A stretch of DNA of 63,555 nt, filler included, from Octopus bimaculoides (taxonomy: Eukaryota), in NCBI RefSeq assembly GCF_001194135.2. It is 8 parts of 7 records of this genome, joined end to end, with 100 filler letters (N's around TTAATTAATTAA, not from the genome) between each part and the next. Parts side by side here need not be neighbours in the genome. Positions count along the whole stretch, not along the records: positions 1 to 3,138 come from NC_069007.1; positions 3,239 to 28,646 come from NC_068981.1; 6 more parts are not named here. One strand, 5' to 3'. The notes beneath the pieces are model-generated. The model was not told where the DNA came from. It saw only the letters and a list, made by a program, of their open reading frames with translations, and made no database searches. The position numbers and the translations under genes were made by a program. Positions 1 to 10,637 of this stretch are shown here, one piece after another. How positions within the stretch are numbered: position 1 is the first letter of the stretch; each line of letters begins with the position of its first letter.

Positions 1-125
1 AGGAGGAGGACAACGATGACGATGATGATGATGATAATGAAGAGGAGGAGGAGGAGGAAGAAGAAGAAGAAGAAGAAGAAGAAGAGGAGGAGGAGGAGGA
101 GGAGGAGGAGGAGGACAACGATGAC

Positions 126-160
<35 letters not shown>

Positions 161-162
161 CG
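1..162. repeat. Compound trinucleotide microsatellite (GGA/GAA/GAT)n
   Basis: Direct runs of gga, gaa and gat at the window start. Confidence 0.9.
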
Positions 163-779
163 CTAATTGTGTAGTAGATGAGAATGAGGGATTTGTTTTT
201 GCGAGAAGATTAACGGATTAACTGTACAGGACAGAATGTTAATCCGGAGACTAGCGTTAGACCTCTCCAGTTTGAAGATGAACGTATATGTTTACACACA
301 CGCACACACAGACACACACATACATACACACACACACACAAACAAACACATACAAACACACTCACATATATACAAAGAAATACACACAAATATGTCTTAT
401 ACACACACATACACATACGTATGCATATACACTTTATCTCTCTTTCTACTTCCAGCTATAGACATATCTTTCTGTCTGTGCTTTTAACTTACACAAGCAT
501 ACACACACACGCACACACATATACTCACGCGCAAACACACACACTTCGCACACAATCACATAGATGCATACAAACAAGTATACATTGCACTTGTGTGTAT
601 GTATATATATATATATGATATTTTATAGTCATATACATAATTATAACAAGGGATCGGCTTAACACCTCACCACGCACTGCAAGAAATAGACACTAAAGCC
701 CCTATTACCACCTTAAAATCTCCGAGAATAACACGCTATATTGTAGACGAGCAGAAGAAAAATAATGAATCAACAAGGC

Positions 780-1578
780 ATATGGATGATCTTGGAAAAT
801 CTAGCTCCCAACTTTGGAATTAAGAGCTATATCAACCACCGAACTGGACGGTACTGCATAGTACCAAAGACCCCACATGCAGTACTGCTTGGCATTGGCG
901 CTGGAAGCTCCATTATGAATATTTCAGAGTGTTTGGGTGTCAATCTGAGGACATCTACCGCGAGTGATAAAAATCAAACATCCAATCAACATCATTGTGC
1001 TTGGAGTGATCACTAGTGATGGTAACGTTATGCCGCCATTCATCTTCCCACACGGCCTCAGCCTCAACACGCAGGTCTACATTAAGTGCCTGGAGGAAGT
1101 AGTGCTGCCCTGGGTGAAGAAGGTGGCTGCTGGAAGCCCCTGTGTCTGGCAACACGACTCTGCACCATGCCAGACAAGCAGGAGAACCCAGTAATAGCTG
1201 TCCGACAATTTCTACGACCACACCACCCCTAACATCTGGCCACCTAACTCCCCCCAGACTGCAACCCCCTTGATTATTATGTGTGTGGGGGCGGAATTGA
1301 GCGAGGGACCAACAAAACTGCTTCTAACACCAATGGTGAAGGCAAGGATTATGGAAGCATTGACCAACTTAAACAAGGAGACCGTCCAGAGTTGTAAGAG
1401 ATCTCGAAGTCGTCTGGAGGCCGTGGTTGAAGCCAATGGCGATTTTATTGAATAAATTTCCTCTTTAGTATTTCAAGATATTTTAATGTAATTTTGATAA
1501 ATATAACTGTTAAAATGAGACGCCAGTGTTATTTTCATTTTTGCATAATTTAGACAACAGTTTATTCACTGGACCCTG
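780..1578 (+). mobile_element. Tc1-like DNA transposon remnant, internally deleted, one terminus visible
   Basis: Translation gives KHPINIIVLGVITSDGNVMPPFIF...WQHDSAPCQTSRRTQ*...NIWPPNSPDCNPLD, typical of Tc1 catalytic and WPPNSPD regions, with stops and frameshifts. The right end ...CACTGGACCCTGTG reads as a CAGGG-type terminus. No matching left end was found. Confidence 0.8.
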
Positions 1579-2477
1579 TGTNNNNNNNNNNNNNNNNNNN
1601 NNNNNNNNNNNNNNNNNNNNNNNNNNNNNNNNNNNNNNNNNNNNNNNNNNNNNNNNNNNNNNNNNNNNNNNNNNNNNNNNNNNNNNNNNNNNNNNNNNNN
1701 NNNNNNNNNNNNNNNNNNNNNNNNNNNNNNNNNNNNNNNNNNNNNNNNNNNNNNNNNNNNNNNNNNNNNNNNNNNNNNNNNNNNNNNNNNNNNNNNNNNN
1801 NNNNNNNNNNNNNNNNNNNNNNNNNNNNNNNNNNNNNNNNNNNNNNNNNNNNNNNNNNNNNNNNNNNNNNNNNNNNNNNNNNNNNNNNNNNNNNNNNNNN
1901 NNNNNNNNNNNNNNNNNNNNNNNNNNNNNNNNNNNNNNNNNNNNNNNNNNNNNNNNNNNNNNNNNNNNNNNNNNNNNNNNNNNNNNNNNNNNNNNNNNNN
2001 NNNNNNNNNNNNNNNNNNNNNNNNNNNNNNNNNNNNNNNNNNNNNNNNNNNNNNNNNNNNNNNNNNNNNNNNNNNNNNNNNNNNNNNNNNNNNNNNNNNN
2101 NNNNNNNNNNNNNNNNNNNNNNNNNNNNNNNNNNNNNNNNNNNNNNNNNNNNNNNNNNNNNNNNNNNNNNNNNNNNNNNNNNNNNNNNNNNNNNNNNNNN
2201 NNNNNNNNNNNNNNNNNNNNNNNNNNNNNNNNNNNNNNNNNNNNNNNNNNNNNNNNNNNNNNNNNNNNNNNNNNNNNNNNNNNNNNNNNNNNNNNNNNNN
2301 NNNNNNNNNNNNNNNNNNNNNNNNNNNNNNNNNNNNNNNNNNNNNNNNNNNNNNNNNNNNNNNNNNNNNNNNNNNNNNNNNNNNNNNNNNNNNNNNNNNN
2401 NNNNNNNNNNNNNNNAATATATGTGACAGTGGATTTTCATCGATGAGTTCATGAACCTTGGTTCTTTTCCCTAAAAC

Positions 2478-2532
<55 letters not shown>

Positions 2533-2559
2533 ATATATATTTGTGTGTGCGCGTGTGTA

Positions 2560-2770
2560 TGTCTTTATGTCTGTTTGTCCCCCATCACCACTTGACAACC
2601 GGTGTTGGTGTGTTTACCTCTCCGTAACTTAGCGATTCAGCGAAAGACAGATCTAAAGTAAGTACCAGGCTTAAAAAACAAGTACGGAGGTCGATTCGTT
2701 CGACTAAGAATTCAAAGCGGTGCCCCAGTATGGGCACAGTCTAATGACCGAAACAAGTAAACGATAAGTA
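2560..2770 (+). mobile_element. SINE (family B) 3' half
   Basis: Body matches other copies in the window (55880-56010; reverse at 55225-55330) and ends in the GGTGCCCCAG-ATGG-CACAG...GAAACAAGTAAA tail. Confidence 0.75.
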
Positions 2771-2782
2771 AATATACCAGCC

Positions 2783-2854
2783 AGGTCTCACCGAGATTCG
2801 AACTCAGATCGCTGGATTCAAAGCCCAGAGTGCTAACCATTACACCATGAGACC
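2783..2854 (-). tRNA. tRNA-Gln (anticodon TTG)
   Basis: Reverse complement is GGTCTCATGGTGTAATGGTTAGCACTCTGGGCTTTGAATCCAGCGATCTGAGTTCGAATCTCGGTGAGACCT (72 nt). It has a perfect 7-bp acceptor stem, a D arm, anticodon stem CTGGG/TCCAG with loop CT-TTG-AA, and a TTCGAAT T-loop. It closely matches canonical metazoan tRNA-Gln. No TTTT terminator lies immediately downstream. Confidence 0.85.
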
Positions 2855-2914
2855 GTGAACAGAAAAAAAGCACTCAAAATGTTGCTACTTCAGTTCAGTA
2901 GGAAGAAAGTTTCT

Positions 2915-3075
2915 CTGGCGCAGGCATAATTGCGTAGTAAGAAGTTTGCTTGCTAACCACGTGGTTCTAGGTTCAGTCCCACTCTGTGGCACCTTGGGCA
3001 AGTGCCTTCTACTATAGCCTCGGGCCGACTAAAGCCTTGTGAGTGGGTGTAGTAGACATAAAATAAATGAAGCAC
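2915..3075 (+). mobile_element. SINE (family B) tRNA-derived head
   Basis: GGCGCAGG...GTAAGAAGTTTGCTT..CCACGTGGTTCTAGGTTCAGTCCCAC..GGCACCTTGGGCAAGTG has A/B-box-like motifs. The same head recurs at 55610-55770 and 63145-63215. Confidence 0.75.
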
Positions 3076-3138
3076 GTCGTATATATATATATATATACTT
3101 ATGTAGATGAATTGATAGATAGATAAATAGATAGATGT

Positions 3139-3238
3139 NNNNNNNNNNNNNNNNNNNNNNNNNNNNNNNNNNNNNNNNNNNNTTAATTAATTAANNNNNN
3201 NNNNNNNNNNNNNNNNNNNNNNNNNNNNNNNNNNNNNN
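3139..3238. other. Synthetic scaffold spacer 44N-TTAATTAATTAA-44N (7 in window)
   Basis: The identical 12-mer is centred in 100-bp gaps at 3183, 28691, 43896, 50445, 54145, 60354 and 61654; it has stop codons in all six frames. Confidence 0.95.
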
Positions 3239-6010
3239 TGTCAAAGTGGACCTCGTGGACCGTTGCGATAAGGAGGCGAGATGGATTTTAATAGAAAAAG
3301 AAAAGTATAAAAAATTAAAAGAGGCTTTCCCGACAGATATAAACCCACTGGGGCCCGAGGTGAATTTCGAACCCAGCGCTCCGGTGGTGAACTACGAGGA
3401 AATAAAAGATTATATAAAATGGTGAGTAGTTTTATTTTGGATAAATTATTGAGATAATTTTGAAAAGAACTATCGAAGACTGTGAAAGGAACTATTAAGA
3501 ACTGTTGAAATAATTGAAATAACGCGGAGAGAAGATAGAGACGTGCTTGAAGCCAATTTGGAGCGGCGTAGTTTATCTGACAAGAGACAGGAAGTTTGGT
3601 ACGGTGGAAGTAAGGTTTACCAACAAAGAAATTGCTCAAAAACATTCTGTAGAAACGCTGAAAACGGACGACGTGGCGCTCATCTCCACTTATATGGGGA
3701 TAAAAACGTCCAGAATTAAAATCACAAGGGTCCCACCGGAAGTGGATCCTATGTAGTTGGTGGCGGCAGTTCTAATCAAGCAGGAAGAGAAAATTACCCT
3801 CCTCCAGGCTGCCTCTACCGAAAACGCAAACTGTACTGGTCAAACAGGTAGTCTCCTCATCCAGGCTGACCCTAAAATAATTGAAGCAATTCCCAAGACA
3901 ATTGAGATAGGGGAGAGATCCTCGTGGTATTTGTTGAGGGCCGAAAACTCCGATGTTATTTGTGCGGCCAATTAGGCCACATTCGAAGGAACTCCAGGGA
4001 AAATGAGGAAGAGGGGGAAGAGGAGAAAGAAGAAAAAGATGAGAAGAAAACAACAAACAAAAGAAAAATACAATCAGCAACTCAACCGAGAGCGGCGACT
4101 AGTACAGAACAACGACCAAAAAACACTGCCAGAAGAGAAAAAAAGGAAAAAGGCATAATTGCTGTATACACTAAAGATACTGAGCTAATGAGAGACATTC
4201 AATTAATTAAGACGGCAAAAAAAAATAGATAACCTTTCGAAGAAATATAACAATTATGACGTGTATGAAGTCTCAAATAAGACTCATAGAATTTTACGAA
4301 ACAAATATCGTAAGACAGTATCATCAATGAGACTGGACTTTAATAAGTCTATATTCAATGGACTACCAGCCCCGATCCCGCGAGAAAAGGAAAAAGTGGA
4401 GACCCCACTTCCACCTGATAATTCTGTGTCGGTAATGAGACGGTATTTTAAAAAATCTGTTTCCCAAGACCTGCCACCTCCGACACTATATCAAGAAAAG
4501 GTGGAGGGTCCCTCTCCACNNNNNNNNNNNNNNNNNNNNNNNNNNNNNNNNNNNNNNNNNNNNNNNNNNNNNNNNNNNNNNNNNNNNNNNNNNNNNNNNN
4601 NNNNNNNNNNNNNNNNNNNNNNNNNNNNNNNNNNNNNNNNNNNNNNNNNNNNNNNNNNNNNNNNNNNNNNNNNNNNNNNNNNNNNNNNNNNNNNNNNNNN
4701 NNNNNNNNNNNNNNNNNNNNNNNNNNNNNNNNNNNNNGGGTCCTACTAAAAAGAAACCGGGTAGCTGAGAAAAAGTTGTTTTTTTTCTGATCCAGAAGGT
4801 AGGCTGGTCGTTCTCGACCTGACATTCAGTTGTGGCAAGATAATCAGGCTGGTTGCAATTTACGCACCCAACATTATGGGCCCGCAAAGTGATTGAGGAA
4901 TACAGAAGGCGGATCAAGATGTTAATACAGAGGGCATTGACAGGTACCATCATTAATAACAAATGGTGGTACACCCTGAAAAGAGCCATCAAATATGAGT
5001 CTATTAGGTTTAGCATAAGTTTAGTTAAGAAGGGACGTAAAATAGGAGATGGTTTAGTTAAGGAGCTAGAAGAAGCCTGGAGGACTGGTAATGCGGACCA
5101 AGCGAAGGTGAAAAAACTGGAGTTAAATCAGCATCTTGAAGCCCAACACAGCGGTGGGCGTTCCACACTGATTTTATATAGTGGATTGGTAGAGTCTGAA
5201 TGCGACGATGGCCTTGGGGCGACTCTTGGTCTCGGGTTTATTCAACTGGACAGCCTGTTTCACCGTACATTCGGGTTGAGAACGTTGGACAACTTCCAAA
5301 TGTCCTTAACCTGGCAATGCTACAGAGGTGCCTTGCCCGTGTGGGATAAGCTCGCAAGACACGGTAAGCGTCAGTCGCCGACATGTCCAAGATGCGGGGG
5401 AGTTAGGGAAACCGTCCCTCACGCTATTGTTCAGTGTCTGGAGATATCTGAAATGTAGGCTTATGCTGAATACCTGTTGTCCGGCGAAGGAAGAGTACAG
5501 TTGTCGACTGAGTCAATTGTAAAAATTGACCCACCGGGAGTTTTAACAAACGGAGGTAAGGATTGTTTTCTCACGGTTGTAGCAATAGCGAAAGAGGCAG
5601 TAGGGAAGAAAGACAGGCAACTTTATCTCTGGCCACAATTTACGTTCATTTTTTTACCTTTCGTTTGAAAAGGAAGTTGTGGCTGGAGAAGAGATGTCTG
5701 TCGGAGTTTACATTCCAAAAGAGATGGAAGCATGTTGCACAAGTGTTGTGCATGCAAGGAACTGTGTGAAAAGACGGAAAAAAGAGAAAAAAAAGCTACC
5801 AGCGATAGATCGGGGCTTGTGGGGTTGGAGCGTGGCCTGATCATCGCTTCATTTGTATTGTCCCTGTATTGTGAATTTCATTCGATTTTTTAATATAGTT
5901 TATTAAATTTTTTAAAGTCATATTTTATGTAAAATTATACCGATTTACTGATCTCATCAGTTGTTTTGTCCAATTCTATGTTTAGCCCCCGGTGGGCAAT
6001 AAAGAAATTG
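3239..6010 (+). mobile_element. Tx1/L1-like non-LTR retrotransposon, degenerate, internally deleted (RT domain missing)
   Basis: ORF1 fragments include FGTVEVRF...KITRVPPEVD and a zinc knuckle CYLCGQLGHIRRNS (~3954-3995). ORF2 fragments are endonuclease VVLDLTFSCGKIIRLVAIYAPN (~4808-4872), the post-endonuclease helical region, and C-terminal GALPVWDKL...CPRCG..ETVPHAIVQC (zf-RVT-like). It ends in an AT-rich 3' UTR with tail ATGTTTAGCCCCCGGTGGGCAATAAAGAAAT. Confidence 0.75.
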
Positions 6011-6190
6011 GTATTTCGTCTGCCATTATGTTCTGAGTTCAAATTCCGCTGAGGTCGATTTTGCCTTTCATCCTTTCGGGGTCGATGAAATAAGTACCAG
6101 TTATGCACTGGGGGCATTGTAATCGACTTAATCCCTTTGTTTGTTACCCTCTATGTTTATCCCCATGGGCAATAAAGAAATAAATATTTC
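6011..6190 (+). mobile_element. SINE (family A), lacking first ~45 nt, with Tx1-type tail
   Basis: GGTATTTCGTCTG...GAGTTCAAATTCCGC (B box)...GCCTTTCATCCTTTCGGGGTCGATGAAATAAGTACC (core resembling the Deu/Nin SINE domain), then a ...GGGCAATAAAGAAATA tail. Confidence 0.75.
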
Positions 6191-6399
6191 CATTCGACAA
6201 TGTTCAACATCAGCAAAGTCTTGCTTGGATGGTTGATTAATTTTTTTAGCGTTTCCCTTTTCACAAGTGGTATAGGAATTAGTTCTGTCCATTTACCGGG
6301 CCACTCTCAGTAGGCAAAGCTCTATTATAAATTTTACAAAGAATCTTACTGATAGTTTTCCCTTTCTTTTTAACTGTTCTGCCTAGTGTTTATTATGTT

Positions 6400-6620
6400 G
6401 CACTCACGATCGCAAGATAATGGCTTCGATTCTCAGACCGGGCAGAGCTTTGTGTTCCTGAGCAGAACACTTCACTTCACATTGCTCGTGTTCACTCAGC
6501 TACATATGAGTTCCAGTAATAGTTGGGAAGTTAATCCTGTGACGCACCAGCGTCGAGTTCAGTGAGGGAGTGTTGTAAATTCAGTCACTCATGCGCCATG
6601 AAGCCTGGATTAATCTCCGG
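6400..6620 (+). mobile_element. SINE (family C), decayed
   Basis: GGCTTCGATTCTC..CCGGGC...TGAGCAGAACACTTCACTTCACATTGCTC; a related copy lies at 25985-26140. Confidence 0.55.
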
Positions 6621-6699
6621 CTTATTGGTTCCTAGTATTTATGACAAATCTGTGTCAAAATCATTTATATTATCTGTTTCAGGTTAGTAATCAAATTTT

Positions 6700-7330
6700 A
6701 GTTTCCTAATTGCCGATGTAACTTCTGATGTAATTTCTGGCTCTTGTTGTATACTAAAAGGAGTTTCTTTTCTTAATTGTTTTTTGTACATTACTATCTA
6801 CCTCTGCTTTATAGCTGTCAAGTTTCTCTCAGCATTCTACCTGTCTATCTGATCTATCATTTTCTGCATTTGCCTTCTTTAGTAGACTTGCATATTTATC
6901 CTCAACAACTTGGCTTTTAGGTACCCTTCTTTGTGGTAGATCGTTTGCCGATTGATATGTTTCCCACCAGTAACACACTCTATATCATTCTATTTCTTCA
7001 CCGCTTTCATATCTTTTACTGCCTTTTTTTTTACTCTCCTATAGGCTAATCTATATTCCATTTCTGCCGTTTCGTTTTCATATAGTTTCTGTTTCAGATC
7101 TCTTCTTTCATCACAATTGATTAAAATATCATTATTTATCAAAGGTTTCTCAGCTTTCTTCCTTTTACATAGAATTCTTGTTAGCTGTTGTTATTATTTC
7201 TTCAATGGATCCTCTTAATTCCAGCACATTTACATCTAATAATAATAAAGGCGCGAATTTCTTTCTATCTATGCTTTTAATACTGGTCTGATGTTCGGGC
7301 TCTTGAATATTCAAAGATTATATTTTATTC
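6700..7330 (-). mobile_element. Possible third, heavily decayed Tx1-like ORF1 remnant
   Basis: Minus strand reads EFYVKGRKLR, compared with VFVEGRKLR in the 3239-6010 copy, within Lys/Glu-rich reading frames interrupted by stops. Confidence 0.35.
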
Positions 7331-7559
7331 GTACATTTTGGTTCTTTTCGCTGATTTTAGTGTAATTTTTATTATTATTATCAAAATTTCGTGATGGATA
7401 CCTATATCAGTTCATGAAAAAAAAATAGAGGTTTGGCTCTACTTATAGTAGAGGGATGAAAATAAAATATATCTGGTTAATATATATCTTTCCGAGTGAA
7501 GGTCATATTGTTCATGAAGGTTTCTCTTGATGTGTTATATTTTCTATAATTAGTTTGTG

Positions 7560-7750
7560 TAGTTTGGGAGAATCGTTAGAGTGTCGGACAAAATGTATAA
7601 CAACATTTCTTCCAACTCAGTTTAAATGGCAACTTTGACTTTCATTTCTCCGGGATCGATAAAATAAAGTGCCAGTGCAGTACTGAGGTTGATGTAAACG
7701 ACTATCCCCTCCCCTCAAAACTAGTTACCTTGTGCCAAAATTTGAGACAA
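7560..7750 (+). mobile_element. SINE (family A), decayed
   Basis: GGAGAATCGTTAG head, TTTCAT..TCCGGGATCGATAAAATAA core and CCTTGTGCCAAAATTTGAGAC tail. Confidence 0.65.
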
Positions 7751-7944
7751 TTTCTAATGATTTAATATTTCTCCTGTTAATTGTCACAAAGCTATATTTA
7801 AGAACCGACGTTTCAGGTCGGAACAGCATTTTGCGATCTCCCTGGCGTTCCAGGTGAACAGCTGTGTTATTTTTGGAAGACCTGTGTTTTCTCTGGCAAA
7901 ATATTACAGCCTGATGCCGTTCTACGTTTGTATACACGTTATAA

Positions 7945-8270
7945 ATGTATATGAACTGGCACTCGGCAGTCACGACGATAAGGGTTCCAATTGAACCGAT
8001 CAACGGAACAGCCTGCGCGTGAAATTAACTTGCAAGTGGCTGAGCGCTTCACTGATACACGTACCTATAACGTAGTTCAGTGTGATCTAGAGTGTGACAA
8101 GGCTGGCCATTTGAAATACTGGTACAACTCACTTTTCTCAGCTGAGTGAATTGGAGCAATGGGAAATAAAGTGTCTTCCTCAAGGACACACCGTATCGCC
8201 AGATATCGAACCTACGATTTTACGACTCTAAGCCAAATTTCCTAACCATGAAACCATGCGCTATTTCAGT
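7945..8270 (-). mobile_element. SINE related to family D (22850-23235 type), older copy
   Basis: Shares GGGTTCCAATTGA.CCGATCAACGGAACAGCCTGC.CGTGAAATTAAC.TGCAAGTGGCTGAGC with 58614-59000. Confidence 0.65.
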
Positions 8271-8289
8271 CTAAGGATGTTTCAAGTGC

Positions 8290-8900
8290 GCATTTTTCAT
8301 TTTCTATTTTCAGCTCGACAGCTGCGGCCATGCCAGGCACCGCCCTTTGCTTTGCTACACTTGCACTACTTTAAACCATTTCTAGTATGTGGTATTTGGT
8401 GAATGAAGGGGTTTGATGTTGCTACCCTCATTTGAGATAGGATCATCCGGAACTCTTGAGATGAGGAGATCCAGTTTTGTTTTGAAGACACATCCAATCA
8501 GATTTTTTGGGGGGAGGATATTGAGTTTTAGATCCTTGAAACGTGCTTCAGCATCTGATTTTGTTTCCTGATGATAATGTTGATATTTTTTGCACTAAGC
8601 AATGACCCTCTGTTCTGCTATTTGTGCAACAAAAAATTTGGGACAAGTCTTTCCAAGATTTTCGAGATGTATATCCCTGCATATGATTCTACTTCGTTCT
8701 TGGGAGTGGAGTCTTAACTTTTTCAGCCTCTACCAGAAACTGACACGTCGCATTGAGGCAATCTCTTTTGTGTAGCTTTTCTGGATTGCCTCGTGTTCCT
8801 CCGCGTAAGTTAATGTTAGTATTTAAGAAAGGTTTGACTGCTAATTCAGACGAGGTCGATTAATCTTTGTGAAAAAGTTCAATATTTTGCTTAATGACCG
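8290..8900 (-). mobile_element. CR1/L2-group LINE 3' end remnant
   Basis: Frameshifted minus-strand translation LHSQER.R..YAGIYISKILERLVPNF...VFKTKLDLLISRVPDDP resembles the CR1-group ORF2 C-terminus. It is followed by tail GGCGGTGCCTGGCATGGCCGCAGCT..GCTGAAA. Confidence 0.6.
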
Positions 8901-9074
8901 GCACACACAAATGCACTGCACTAAATTGTATCCCATTCATATGAGCACCGAGAAATATTTGGAGTTAGTGCTATATTGACCTCTATTTGATGTAATAATG
9001 TGAGCACGCGTGCGCGCGTGTGCATAGAAGGAAAACATATTGGAAGCTACGTTTATTAATATTTAGTTATTAAT

Positions 9075-9205
9075 CCGCTGGGAAAGAGTTTGCCTTTCAT
9101 GATCGATAAAATAAGTACGAGATGGATACTGGGGTCGATGTAATCGATTTACCCTCTCTCCCAAAATTGCTGGTATTGTACCAGTGCCAAACGTCGAAAC
9201 CATTA
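9075..9205 (+). mobile_element. SINE (family A) 3' fragment
   Basis: TTTGCCTTTCAT..GATCGATAAAATAAGTAC...CTGGGGTCGATGTAATCGA. Confidence 0.6.
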
Positions 9206-10380
9206 TTTTATTATTGATAATGAACATTTTCTAAAATGTAATATAAAAAAGATTTGGAGTCACGAAAGATGAATATTTTATGAAGGAAGATTTTACATTT
9301 TGAACTTGTTTCATATTTTTGATCACACCCACCTACCCACCCCACCTCAACTTAAATAGTATTTTCGAGTTCTGTCAAACAACCCGATATACCAGATAGA
9401 TCACCTGCAAGTTGATGTTAATAAAATTCTTCAGAAATATGTTTGCATATTTAAACAAATTTTCAATATAATGTGTTTGTGTGGACACGAACAAACGAAA
9501 TTTGCTTGTAATCAAGAGTTTTAACTCAGCTACTATATAAATTAAAATTTAGGGAATGGAGCAGATAAAATCCAGGCTACATATGTTTTCTGTCTAGCAG
9601 AACCTCGGAAGTAGTTGTTATTCAACAAGGGGTACTCCACTAGCTCGTCATCAGGCCGAAGATACCTTAGTTGAATAGAGGTTACATTGTCAAGGGATCC
9701 CACGTTAACTCGTAGCAGATTTGATCGAAAATGAATGGAAATCACTGAGTGAGAGAACAAAAGAAGAACAACAGATGGTTAGTAGCTAAAGGAGTGGGGT
9801 AGTTGTAAGTGGTTTTGGTTGAAGAGGAGTTTGAGAAAATAGGAAAAAATACAACTTGTGTGGATGGGGAGGCTGTGAAGGAGGTAGGATATGGTGGGTA
9901 AGAGGAATGTGTAAAGGTAAGGACTAATTTAGTAGAAAGGGTGGTATTAGTGGAGGAGCTAAGTTGCTAGGTCGACCTAGTTGTACCTTAAGGTTAATCA
10001 TAATTAAGAATAATCAGAGTTAAGGGATTACACAGGTTTAATGAAATGGGCAAACAATGAGTAGGACCTGTGTTAACTAGAGAGTACTACATCTGAGAAT
10101 TTATTAAGTAATAAAGGTTTGTGCTTCTGGAAGATGGTTAGCTATTTCCTTAAACGCGATTTATAAATGCCAAGGTTAGTGTTGTAAGTGGGGAGCCAGA
10201 ACTTGACTGACACGTTATTATACCAACCCAAGTAATTAATCAATCCCGGAATGATGAAAGACAGCAGAATTGAAATGTTTCTAAGATACGCGCCAATCTT
10301 ATGGGCAGTGTATCAATCGATTTTATCTATTCTAGTAATAGATTGGTATTCAAATATGTAACATAACCGATACCTTAGAG

Positions 10381-10637
10381 TACTGGTTCTGAAAAGTGTG
10401 CCATGGATTTTTGAAAACCTGTAATAATACTCGCACATCATGAAAAACGTGCTGTTCATAATTTTTATTGTACATTGACAAGGATGATTAATAAAATAAT
10501 GTGATCAATAGTTATTTTTATTTTATTTTCCAAATCTAAAAAAAAAATTGCTTTAAAACCGTCCATGTAAATTGCATCAGTAATATTTAGTTTTTATCTC
10601 CGGTGCGCCACGAAGCCGAGAAGACTGGGAACTACTG
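10381..10637. mobile_element. Decayed hAT-type MITE
   Basis: Termini TACTGGTTCTGAAAAGTGTG...GACTGGGAACTACTG resemble CAGTGGTTC/GAACCACTG. Flanks CCTTAGAG and CCTGAGCG match at 6/8 positions as an 8-bp TSD. Confidence 0.45.

Noticed and set aside
1-162. Acidic poly-Glu/Asp coding exon
   Set aside because: Pure trinucleotide repeat with no supporting splice signal or unique coding flank.
9540-10170. Possible LINE endonuclease remnant (RVNVGSL)
   Set aside because: A single weak motif; cannot assign.
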